From: a bacterium
GTDB taxonomy: Bacteria; Patescibacteriota; Dojkabacteria; SC72; WJKH01
Direction: 5' to 3'
Assembly: GCA_029547225.1 (NCBI GenBank)
Contig: JAKPPS010000024.1
Location: 893-64,892, forward strand
DNA length: 64,000 nucleotides
The notes under the pieces are model-generated. The model saw nothing but the letters and a program-made list of their open reading frames with translations. It was not told the origin of the DNA and did not search any database. A program made the position numbers and the translations under genes. Each line of letters starts with the position of its first letter. The stretch's first letter is position 1. Shown here piece by piece: positions 17,618 through 26,648 of the stretch.

Positions 17618-17854
17618 TTACCTTATTTTCTTCTTTTTGTTAATATACTCTTGATCTTCTTCTAAAGTGGCTCTACGATAGCTATTAAGCTCTCGATCCA
17701 GTATAAATCTTCTACCGCATTTACATTGAACTATGGTCCTTTTGTCATCAAGTATCTCTCTTTTATTAGCTTTATCAAGTGGGTGAGTGCATCCAACACA
17801 TAATCTTCGCTCGATTAAGATTTTTTGAAATGGAGCGATTAATTTTTTAACCAT
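17618..17854 (-). CDS. Small zinc-ribbon-like hypothetical protein
   Basis: CVGC...CKCG; basic, 78 aa; lies between two tRNAs. Confidence 0.75.
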   Translation of the reverse strand: MVKKLIAPFQKILIERRLCVGCTHPLDKANKREILDDKRTIVQCKCGRRFILDRELNSYRRATLEEDQEYINKKKKIR

Positions 17855-17921
17855 AAAAAATTAATTAAATTTATTTGATATTTAGCAAAACATAATATTA
17901 TCCTATGAAATATGCTAAATA

Positions 17922-18038
17922 TGCCGAGGACAGGACTTGAACCTGCAACCCCGCTGACTATACTCAATCGATTATTAAGTACAAACAGCGGGGACATGCT
18001 CCTAAGGCATGCGTGTCTGCCAGTTTCACCACCTCGGC
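17922..18038 (-). tRNA. tRNA-Leu (TAG) with 48-nt variable arm
   Basis: GCCGAGG acceptor stem, CATGC-CTTAGGA-GCATG anticodon arm, GCAGG-TTCAAGT-CCTGT T arm; 117 nt total. Confidence 0.9.
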
Positions 18039-18163
18039 ACGTTCAGGAATACATTTTACAATATATTTAGTAATCAATCAATGTTTTCCCAATACCGTAA
18101 ATATGTAAAAGTATTATGAAAATGACTCAATATAAATGGAAAAATTACCAAACTCGAAATGAT

Positions 18164-18466
18164 TTATGACTCTTCAGAGCCAAAAGTAGCTCCCCAAACT
18201 TGAATATATCCAGCCTGAGTGAATGGGGCATTTGCGAGTGCCTCTTGATTACTTAAGGATGGTTTAACAATATCCTCACGTAATTCAGAAAAATCAATTG
18301 TTTGAGAATATCCCATTTTTACACTTGATGTATCAACTTGAGCAATTTTTCCAGCACTATCAAGTATAGATTGCATCTGTGGAGTAAACTCCTCAATCTC
18401 TTTATCGGTTAATTTTATTTTTGAAAGATGGGCAACATGCTCCAATAATTCTTTATCAAATTTCAT
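18164..18466 (-). CDS. gatC: Asp/Glu-tRNA amidotransferase subunit C
   Basis: HVAHLSKI, LRED, ALANAP; adjacent to gatB. Confidence 0.9.
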   Translation of the reverse strand: MKFDKELLEHVAHLSKIKLTDKEIEEFTPQMQSILDSAGKIAQVDTSSVKMGYSQTIDFSELREDIVKPSLSNQEALANAPFTQAGYIQVWGATFGSEES

Positions 18467-18483
18467 ATAAGTCTTCGCAAAAA

Positions 18484-19971
18484 TTATTTACCTAGCTCTT
18501 TTTCGAGTAAATCCTTTACCTTGTTCGGATCAGCATTCCCTTTACTTAATTTCATGACGGCACCAACCAGAAACCCTATTACAGCTGTCTTACCTGATTT
18601 ATAATCAGTAACAGCTTTTTCATTTTCACTTAAAGCTTGCTTAACCATGTTCAAGAGAGCTCCGTCATCTGAAACTGCACTACTTTGTGCTTTCTCGATT
18701 TCTGAGCTAATATCGACTGATTTATCGTTGCTCAAGCAATTAAGTAGTATCTCTTTAGCTTTATTAGTTGTTATAGCTTTGGTATTCACTGACTTAGTAA
18801 GAATTGCTAGATCTTCAGGTTTTATAGATACATCATTTATTTCGATGCCATTCTTGTTTAGGTGTGAGAAAATAATGCCGGTTATCCAGTTTGCAGTAGA
18901 TTTTGCATCACCAGAAAGATCAAACGCTTTCTCAAAGTATTCTGCAATATCTCGTGATGCTGTCAAAACCTCAATATCATAATCTTGGAGGCCAAAGTCG
19001 TTTTTGTACCTTTCAGCTTTTGCATCTGGTAGCTCTACCAATTTTGTTGATATATTTGCGATATCTTGGTCAGATACATTAATAATCGGAATATCTGGTT
19101 CTCTAAAATATCTGTAATCTTCAGCAGATTCTTTTGATCTTTGAAATTCTGTAATACCTTTTTCTGCGTTCCAACCTCTGGTCTGCTGAGTTAGTTTTTT
19201 GCCCGCTTGCAAATCATCGGTCATCCTCTTTACTTCATATTCGATTGCTTTTTCTACGGCGGATATTGAACCGATGTTTTTTACTTCAGTTTTAGGATTT
19301 AATTTATAATCTCCAATAGGTTTAATCTTGTTATCAACCATCTGCCATTTACCTGTTTCCTGTATAGAAATATTTGGTTCACATCTCATCTGACCTTTTT
19401 CCATATCCGCGTCCGAGATACCAAGATATCTCGCAATTTGACGAATTTTTGTAGCATACAATTTCGCTTCTTGAGCTGACTTAATACATGGTTTTGTTAC
19501 GATTTCGATAAGTGGTACACCAGATTTATTGTAGTCAACTAGCGTATAATCAGCGCCTGTAGTTCCGTCTTTCAGATGAAATGTTTTGGCTACATCTTCT
19601 TCTTGATGTATTCTTTCAATTAATACTGTTGAAGTGGATCCATCCGGCAACTTAATATTTACAGTACCATTGTTACATAGAGGTTCATCGTATTGACTTA
19701 TCTGATAACCCTTTGGAAGATCAGGATAGAAGTAATGTTTACGATCAAATTTGATATGTTTTGCAATAGTACAGTTTGTGGCTAATCCCATTAATATGCA
19801 CAGTTCTAAGGCATGTTTATTAGGGACAGGTAAAGCGCCAGGTAAGCCAAGACATTTAGGGCATGTAAGAGTGTTAGGTTCTTTCTCGAAATATTGTGAA
19901 GAACAAGAGCAGAACATTTTAGATTCTGTTTTGAGCTGCAAATGAATTTCTAAACCGATTATTGTATCCAT
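18484..19971 (-). CDS. gatB: Asp/Glu-tRNA amidotransferase subunit B
   Basis: IGLEIHLQL, FDRKHYFYPDLPKGYQISQ, DYRYFREPD. Confidence 0.98.
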   Translation of the reverse strand: MDTIIGLEIHLQLKTESKMFCSCSSQYFEKEPNTLTCPKCLGLPGALPVPNKHALELCILMGLATNCTIAKHIKFDRKHYFYPDLPKGYQISQYDEPLCNNGTVNIKLPDGSTSTVLIERIHQEEDVAKTFHLKDGTTGADYTLVDYNKSGVPLIEIVTKPCIKSAQEAKLYATKIRQIARYLGISDADMEKGQMRCEPNISIQETGKWQMVDNKIKPIGDYKLNPKTEVKNIGSISAVEKAIEYEVKRMTDDLQAGKKLTQQTRGWNAEKGITEFQRSKESAEDYRYFREPDIPIINVSDQDIANISTKLVELPDAKAERYKNDFGLQDYDIEVLTASRDIAEYFEKAFDLSGDAKSTANWITGIIFSHLNKNGIEINDVSIKPEDLAILTKSVNTKAITTNKAKEILLNCLSNDKSVDISSEIEKAQSSAVSDDGALLNMVKQALSENEKAVTDYKSGKTAVIGFLVGAVMKLSKGNADPNKVKDLLEKELGK

Positions 19972-19983
19972 GATGCTATTATA

Positions 19984-21096
19984 TTATTGTCGTAGTGTGT
20001 CGTCAACGAAAACAGGTATATCTTTTTTACTTTCATTATTGATTATATCTTCCGATTTATCGAGATAGAGATATATAGTTCCTCTACCTGAGCCTTTTGT
20101 GCTTAGATAGCCCTTTTCAAGTAAGTCTTGTAAATCTCTAAAAGCAGTCATAAATGAAATACCCATAAGCTTTGAATATTCTTGACGAGAAATTTTCTTA
20201 TGAATATTTAAGTACTCAATCGCCTTTATTTGTCGATTATTTAAGTCGAGAGAAAGCTGTGCGTGATTTTTAACTTTTGATTCATAGTTCGAAGAAATAT
20301 TTGTTTCCAAAGAGATAGTTTCTAACAAAATAGAATAGAGTAGGGCTTCGATAAAAGCAGTCTGATCTTTCTTAGATTTAGAAATTTTGAATGCTTCTAA
20401 AAGATTCTCACCAAGATTATTATAGATTTTACTGATCACTTGGAGATTATCAATGTTATATCCGAACTCCTTGAGAAGTAATCCTGTAAATATTACAGTT
20501 GTCACCTGATTTCCAACGAAAAAAGGAGATTTATCAATCATTTCATAGTTTAGTATCGCAAGTCGAATAAGTTTATGAATTTTAATTTTAGGATCTACGG
20601 TCCAATCGCATAAATCATTGAGAAATGATGAGACATCTAATTGTGGATAATAATCCCTATACTTGTACCAATTGTCATAAATATCGTTTGGTTTCTCACT
20701 AAAAGTTCTAAATTTCCCTGTTTCCCATTCATCTACGATACCTGACATAGCAAGTCTATTGATGTGAATTAGTAAATCAGCAGAAGGTTTAATAAATTGC
20801 ATCTGATTGTAGGTCTTAACAAACTCATTAATACTACGATAGTTAATAAACAGTTTAAGCTTAGTTTTATCAGAAGGAAGCTCTTTACCTTTTTGAATCA
20901 ATAAAGCTTTATTTAACCCAATTTTGTAACCTGTAAGTTCTCCGAGGAAATAAATATCATCTGTCTTTTGAAGCTGATAAATATCGTTTTTCACATTGTA
21001 AGGTAACGGAAGTCCTTTAATTTTATTAGCAGAGAGTTCAATACGGATAATATAATCCAATATCAAGTTTGTTATAGTAAAAGTAGGTAAATTCAT
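19984..21096 (-). CDS. Fic-like domain protein with C-terminal winged HTH; degenerate active site
   Basis: Fic-type N-terminus (PTFTITN), GKFR, degenerate motif KSPFFVGNQVT, C-terminal LNNRQ...TAFRDLQDLLEKG...GSGRGTIY. Confidence 0.75.
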   Translation of the reverse strand: MNLPTFTITNLILDYIIRIELSANKIKGLPLPYNVKNDIYQLQKTDDIYFLGELTGYKIGLNKALLIQKGKELPSDKTKLKLFINYRSINEFVKTYNQMQFIKPSADLLIHINRLAMSGIVDEWETGKFRTFSEKPNDIYDNWYKYRDYYPQLDVSSFLNDLCDWTVDPKIKIHKLIRLAILNYEMIDKSPFFVGNQVTTVIFTGLLLKEFGYNIDNLQVISKIYNNLGENLLEAFKISKSKKDQTAFIEALLYSILLETISLETNISSNYESKVKNHAQLSLDLNNRQIKAIEYLNIHKKISRQEYSKLMGISFMTAFRDLQDLLEKGYLSTKGSGRGTIYLYLDKSEDIINNESKKDIPVFVDDTLRQ

Positions 21097-21111
21097 AATT
21101 ATTAACTCTTA

Positions 21112-21281
21112 ATTTACGGTATGCCACCAACCTTATTGCGTTCCAATAATCTTATTCCATGACTACCCGAGCATTTTTTGAAGATACACCGCTATCACGA
21201 AGCCATACATCAGTTTTTTTTGAAAAACAACCCATGGATAGTGATGGGGAGCGGTCGTCAATGCTATTTGCTCGGATACAT
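21112..21281 (-). repeat. Intergenic palindromic element, copy A
   Basis: Collinear similarity to 39957-40129; 44/51 nt identical to 42465-42515. Confidence 0.85.
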
Positions 21282-21358
21282 TAAGCTCATTTTTATTAAT
21301 TTTATTTTAAAATGCACAAGAACTATTAAAATTAGTTATCGATATTATACGACAGACA

Positions 21359-21432
21359 AGCTGGTGGGCGGGATCGAACCGCCGACCTGCTCATTACGAG
21401 TGAGCTGCTCTAGCCAACTGAGCCACACCAGC
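21359..21432 (-). tRNA. tRNA-Thr (CGT)
   Basis: GCTGGTG...GCTCA-CTCGTAA-TGAGC...GGTTCGATCCC. Confidence 0.95.
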
Positions 21433-21473
21433 AGAATATTACAGAAATATTGTAACAAAAATGTTACGAATGT

Positions 21474-22367
21474 TCAATCTTTTTTAAATATTTTCTTTTT
21501 CAGAATATAAAGAATTCCAAAGCATATTATCATTGAAAGAATTGATACTATACCGATTGCACCTCCAATAAATGGATTATAATTAATCAGCATTATAACG
21601 AAAATACCAGCAAAACCGTTAAACATACCGTGTAATGCAGCCGCATATATGGCATTATGATTTCTTTCAATAATCATGCCAAACAGTAACGAAAAAGTCA
21701 TACAAAACGCTACAAATATCAAACTACCCAATACTCCATTACCTACGCCATAATTGTATCCCTGTAGAATAATGGGAGAGTGCCATAAACCCCAAATCAG
21801 ACCAATTAGTAAATATTTCTTAATAAATGATAATGACCTGAATTCATTAACTAAATAACCTCTCCAACCGATCTCTTCACCTAAGGCGAAAATAAGATTA
21901 ATTGTAATACCGGCAATAACAGCACTAATATACGATATAGGAACAAGCAGAAGCGGAGTAGGTGGTAAATTTGCAGATAAAGGTGCTTGCTCACCGAGCA
22001 TTTGCTTTAATAATGTTAGTAATTCTTCATTGTTTGAAATTAAGTGGCCAAAAAATTCTGGATTAATAGCTCCAAGAATTAAGGATAGTAAAAAGATAAT
22101 GATTACCCACAAAGTAAATACAAATAATGTATATAAGGATTCCTTTATGTTTAATTTTTTTATTGAAATGAATGAGCCGAAATCGATATTCTCTTTAAAT
22201 ATGAACTTGAGTATTAATAGAGACACAAGAGGTATAGGCATGTAACAGAATGCAAGAAAGATGCCTGAGAGAGAAACTAATGCAGAATTAACTATAAAAT
22301 AGTATATTCCAGCACTGATAAGAGTCAGTACTGATAAAATTATTAAAAATTTAATGTATCCCTTCAT
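21474..22367 (-). CDS. CPBP/CAAX (Abi) intramembrane metalloprotease
   Basis: GEEIGWRG, WGLWH, LHGMFN. Start moved to MKGYIK because the longer ORF overlaps tRNA-Gly. Confidence 0.9.
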   Translation of the reverse strand: MKGYIKFLIILSVLTLISAGIYYFIVNSALVSLSGIFLAFCYMPIPLVSLLILKFIFKENIDFGSFISIKKLNIKESLYTLFVFTLWVIIIFLLSLILGAINPEFFGHLISNNEELLTLLKQMLGEQAPLSANLPPTPLLLVPISYISAVIAGITINLIFALGEEIGWRGYLVNEFRSLSFIKKYLLIGLIWGLWHSPIILQGYNYGVGNGVLGSLIFVAFCMTFSLLFGMIIERNHNAIYAAALHGMFNGFAGIFVIMLINYNPFIGGAIGIVSILSMIICFGILYILKKKIFKKD

Positions 22368-22406
22368 AACAATACATGTATATTTAATTAATTCTACAGA
22401 GCGAAA

Positions 22407-22479
22407 AGCGAGAGACGAGACTCGAACTCGCGACATTCTCCTTGGGAAGGAGGCATTCTACCAACTGAATTACTCTCGC
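22407..22479 (-). tRNA. tRNA-Gly (CCC)
   Basis: GCGAGAG acceptor stem, loop TTCCCAA, GTTCGAGTC. Confidence 0.93.
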
Positions 22480-22581
22480 AAAGATTCTGACTAATAATAT
22501 GATTACTAATCAAAATTAATGTAGTAAAATATTCTTTCTAGATATTCTCATCAATCTAGAGAAAAATCTAAACTACGATTC

Positions 22582-23541
22582 TTATTCTGCCCATTCAGAT
22601 TTTTGAATTATCTCTGAAAGGATCCAATCAAAATCACCATTAACTACATTAGCGTTACAATATTTACATTTACCGGCTACATCAACAGATATAGGTGCAC
22701 CACAGTTTGGACACTTTTTATCAAAGATGCCATCTTTAACTTTAGTTTTAAGATTCGATTTTCTAATAAATGACCAGTATTCAGTAAATGGAGGCTGTTG
22801 ATCTTTTGAACCCTCAATGACTACATCAGGTTTATCTTCCTTGACTTTATAATCCTTCATAGAAGCTCGGATTTTGATAACAATCTTATGGAAATCTTGT
22901 CCTAAATCTATTTTAGCGAAATCTGCGCTACCTACAACAATATATTCAAGAACATTAATTGTTTTGTTTTTAATCATATTTTCAATCTGCATCTGATGGC
23001 TTTGGTATACTTCTTCACCCATAAACGGACGACAAATTGCTTGATCTCTCTTTGTCCAGCCTTCTTGAACTGCCATAAACACTTTCTTGACATGAGTTTT
23101 AAATTTCTGCTCATCAAAATCAGGATCGATCGATTTTAATTCAGATAATTTTGTAGCAATTTCCTCTGGAGTTTGTGACCTGTTAGTTGTAGGTACAGAT
23201 GAAGATGTGCCACCAGCAACAGGTGTTGCACCTGAACCTCCGCTACCACCTTTTCGTTTGTTAATTATAGAGACCACAATGATAAATACAACAATTGCAA
23301 TGAAAATAGCGACTTGACAGCCAACAGGAGTATCAGATGAACCTGAAGAAGAATAATACGAGCCTGAATCCCAGTCACTTGAGCTTGAACCCCAATCACT
23401 AGAACTCGAACTTGAATCAAATCCTCCATCACCAAAACTCTCTCCACCACCAGCACGCGCTGAAACAAAAGTAACAGCCATAATAAATACTGTAAAAGAA
23501 ACAATTATAATTGACAGTAATTTCGGCAATTTATTTCGCAT
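22582..23541 (-). CDS. Tim44-like domain membrane protein with C-terminal zinc ribbon
   Basis: RAGGG Gly/Ser linker, TM, DPDFD..F...F.AVQ.GW, EYWSF, CPNCGAP...CKYC. Confidence 0.85.
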   Translation of the reverse strand: MRNKLPKLLSIIIVSFTVFIMAVTFVSARAGGGESFGDGGFDSSSSSSDWGSSSSDWDSGSYYSSSGSSDTPVGCQVAIFIAIVVFIIVVSIINKRKGGSGGSGATPVAGGTSSSVPTTNRSQTPEEIATKLSELKSIDPDFDEQKFKTHVKKVFMAVQEGWTKRDQAICRPFMGEEVYQSHQMQIENMIKNKTINVLEYIVVGSADFAKIDLGQDFHKIVIKIRASMKDYKVKEDKPDVVIEGSKDQQPPFTEYWSFIRKSNLKTKVKDGIFDKKCPNCGAPISVDVAGKCKYCNANVVNGDFDWILSEIIQKSEWAE

Positions 23542-23667
23542 AAAAGAATATATAAAATTATATAACTGTTACCTCTGTAACAAAACTAAACGACTACGAC
23601 CTAATTAAAATATACTAATAATTAGTAATATTAGTCACCGGACTATAATTTACAATTTTAGTATCTA

Positions 23668-24627
23668 TTATTTAGTTGTTTCTGGTGCTGGAGTTGGTGA
23701 AGTAGTACTTGTCGATTGTGGTGTTGTTTGTGCTTGATTCTGTCCCATTTGCTGAGCTGCATTCATACCCATACCCATTGTGAAACCTGTTGCAGCACCA
23801 AATGTTGATGTCGCTGCTTGACCGGCACTTGAGCCACTTTGTAAACCTGATGCCATACCAAGTTTTACAGCTGCATCTGCTGCTTGCATATTGTTTGCGT
23901 AAGCAAAGTCTCTGGTCATCTGTTTCAATGTTGCTTCGTCTTCCTCTTTAATACTTATTGTGACATTACCTATCTTTGCTACAGTTAGTCCATACTCCTC
24001 AAGTTCTTTAGTAATTAAAGGTAAAACCTTAAGTTCAAATTCTGATGCCTGGGAAGCTATACCTAGTACAGGTTTTTTCTCTTCTGAAACATATGAAGAA
24101 ACAACTTCTCTGAAAACTTTCAGCAATAAGCTTTTAACCCATTCTGTCAATTCTTCATTTGTTGTCATACTCTTTGTACCAAGAAGATTGATTACTAATT
24201 TTTCAGGCTCAACTGCTTTAATTGAGTATTCACCAAATAATCTTATTCCTACTGCTAAATTTGACATTGGATCTAGAACATTATCAATCATACCTCCAAA
24301 GGGTAGGTTGGCAAATTGTCGTGTAGAAACAAAGTATAGCTCCGACATAAGAAAATTCCCACCAGTAATGTTATCGATTAATGCACCTAGAAATGGTATG
24401 TCTGCACCATTTAAATTGTGTGTACCTGATGTGAGGATACCCGCAACTTGTCCTTTTTTGACAAATAAAGCAACTTCATCAGCTTGTACAGTAAGTTGAG
24501 ATAGAAGACGAATATTTGTTTCTGGCCATTTATATACAATTGTATCTTTTGCATCATCTGGACGCGCAATAAATTGTTTTGCAGCTTCATCCTTAATTAC
24601 ATTTTTAAAACCATCGAAAATTCCCAT
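23668..24627 (-). CDS. SPFH domain protein (YdjI-like)
   Basis: IVYKWP, SQLTV...ALFV..G, LYFVST, RLFGEYS, C-terminal GMGM-rich tail. Confidence 0.85.
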   Translation of the reverse strand: MGIFDGFKNVIKDEAAKQFIARPDDAKDTIVYKWPETNIRLLSQLTVQADEVALFVKKGQVAGILTSGTHNLNGADIPFLGALIDNITGGNFLMSELYFVSTRQFANLPFGGMIDNVLDPMSNLAVGIRLFGEYSIKAVEPEKLVINLLGTKSMTTNEELTEWVKSLLLKVFREVVSSYVSEEKKPVLGIASQASEFELKVLPLITKELEEYGLTVAKIGNVTISIKEEDEATLKQMTRDFAYANNMQAADAAVKLGMASGLQSGSSAGQAATSTFGAATGFTMGMGMNAAQQMGQNQAQTTPQSTSTTSPTPAPETTK

Positions 24628-24674
24628 GTCAAAATACTTTATTAAATTTATATATTGTTATACTTAGGAAAAAT

Positions 24675-25043
24675 TTATCCTAAAGTATTTTTTGTTATTT
24701 CCCAATCAGATTTAAGATGATCACCAATTTCTTGAGCAACTCTAGCTGTAACTTTGCCATCTTTTTTAATTTCATCTACTACTTCAGAAACCAAGGTAAT
24801 ATATTTTTCTTTATCGATTTTTGTGCCTAATCTTTTTAATGCTCTAACTTTTTTTTCAACCATATCCTTTGCATTAGTATAAAATTCTTCAGCCTTGATA
24901 CCTAACTCTTTACTAAATTGAGCTAACTCTTTACGAGTTGCTTCACCTGATTTTGGTGCTAGTAGAATACCGGCTACTGCGCCTGCTGCTGCACCAACTG
25001 TTAATCCCATTACGAATGAGAAAAAATCTGATGTTCTTGCCAT
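24675..25043 (-). CDS. YtxH domain protein
   Basis: GAAAGAVAGILLAPKSGEATRKEL. Confidence 0.9.
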   Translation of the reverse strand: MARTSDFFSFVMGLTVGAAAGAVAGILLAPKSGEATRKELAQFSKELGIKAEEFYTNAKDMVEKKVRALKRLGTKIDKEKYITLVSEVVDEIKKDGKVTARVAQEIGDHLKSDWEITKNTLG

Positions 25044-25123
25044 ATACTTTTATTTATAATTTATCAGTTAAAATATAGCACATAAGTTGGATAAATAAAA
25101 TACTAAAAATATCTGTGTGGTTA

Positions 25124-25807
25124 TTATAATTTCAATGACTTGATAATCAACGCAAATAAAGCGATGAATGAAAGTGGGGCAACAATAATTAATATGATAT
25201 TTATTAGGGGCGTTTTTGAAATAGTTGTGTCAATCTCAGTATTTGCATTAGTCTCACGCTCTTCAATATTATTTTGGTTTTCTGTTTGACTGTCATTAGT
25301 ATTTTCTTCGGTAGGTATACTATCATCTGATTGATTTACATTTTCGGACACCTCAAGGGCAACATCTGAAGCTTCTTCGTCGGTCGCCGATTCGGTACTA
25401 ATCCCCGTTAACTCAATAATTTTATTTATCACCGCACTGTCACCCATATAACATAATCCGCCATAGTAGAACAATGGAACTTGGGGATTGGTGATATTGC
25501 ATGACATTGCAGAAGCGATAAATTGATCTGATGAAGCTTCATCATTAATATAGACAGTTTCATAATTTATTTCATCATTTATATTATATTTTTCAATAAA
25601 ATCTGATACAGATTTACAATATGTGCACGATTCGGAGAGATATAATTTGTCTTCGCTTCCAGCATAAACAAGCGATCTTTCTGATTTGAAAACATAATGA
25701 ACGCCAGTGATTATAACGAATAACATTAATAAAAAGATTGTCGCAGTAAGGATGCGTTTAATTATCTGAAAATTCTTTATCTTATTTATAAAGGAATGTT
25801 TACTCAT
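25124..25807 (-). CDS. Membrane-anchored glutaredoxin-like protein
   Basis: CTYC motif, QVP cis-Pro, MGD; N- and C-terminal TM segments; acidic linker. Confidence 0.7.
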   Translation of the reverse strand: MSKHSFINKIKNFQIIKRILTATIFLLMLFVIITGVHYVFKSERSLVYAGSEDKLYLSESCTYCKSVSDFIEKYNINDEINYETVYINDEASSDQFIASAMSCNITNPQVPLFYYGGLCYMGDSAVINKIIELTGISTESATDEEASDVALEVSENVNQSDDSIPTEENTNDSQTENQNNIEERETNANTEIDTTISKTPLINIILIIVAPLSFIALFALIIKSLKL

Positions 25808-25902
25808 TTAATTGTTGTACTTTTGATATTATATTCAAAAATAGAATTAATTAATCATAAATCAATAGATATTTCATCATATTGTGATATTATTATACAT
25901 CA

Positions 25903-26544
25903 ATGAAAGCAACCTATCAAAAGGAATTACAATTATTACAAGAAGGATATCGATTAATTCTAGGTCTAGATGAAGCTGGGAGAGGTCCTTGGGCGGGGCC
26001 AGTTTCTGTCGGTGGAGTACTAATAACTGATGAAAAGCAAATTATAGATGGGGTAGGCGATAGCAAAACCTTGTCTCATTTAAAGCGTGAAGATCTTTAC
26101 GAACGGATTATCAATTCAGGGTGTAAGTATTCGTTTTCACTTATTCAAAGTCAGATTATTGATAAAATCGGTATTCATCATGCAATCCATGAAGCAATGA
26201 TAAATGTAATTTCTGATATCGAAAAATCTATAAATGATAAAGTAAGTTATCTTTTGATAGATGGCGCGAATGTATTGGAGATTGAAGGATATCAGCAAGA
26301 ACGAATTAATAAAGGTGATGCATTGCATTACTCTATTTCTGCGGGATCGATCATAGCAAAAGTTGCAAGAGATAGGTTTATGTATGAGCAGGCAAAGCTT
26401 TATCCTCAGTACCAATTTGAAAAACATGTTGGATATGGTACTAAAATTCATTATGAAGCATTGTGTAAGTATGGCCCTTGTCCATTACATCGGTTTTCAT
26501 TCAAACCAATAAAAGCAATTGTCGAACAGATAAATCAGAAGTAG
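25903..26544 (+). CDS. rnhB: Ribonuclease HII
   Basis: GLDEAGRGPWAGPV, DSK, SIIAKVARD, HRFSF. Confidence 0.97.
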   Translation: MKATYQKELQLLQEGYRLILGLDEAGRGPWAGPVSVGGVLITDEKQIIDGVGDSKTLSHLKREDLYERIINSGCKYSFSLIQSQIIDKIGIHHAIHEAMINVISDIEKSINDKVSYLLIDGANVLEIEGYQQERINKGDALHYSISAGSIIAKVARDRFMYEQAKLYPQYQFEKHVGYGTKIHYEALCKYGPCPLHRFSFKPIKAIVEQINQK

Positions 26545-26648
26545 GTTACCCTCAATATTCATATGTTCGGCAAAAATTGTGATCATTTATTTTTTTACGT
26601 CTCCGATATTTATTAACAAGCTTAACTAAATTTTCTTATTCACAATAA

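Noticed and set aside
21178..21510. 110-aa ORF with apparent similarity to ORF 39896-40081
   Set aside because: Antisense to tRNA-Thr. The similarity comes from the shared nucleotide repeat, and frames are not conserved across all copies.
22368..22436. N-terminal extension of the CAAX protease in the ORF track
   Set aside because: Starts inside tRNA-Gly; the ATG at 22367 is the more plausible start
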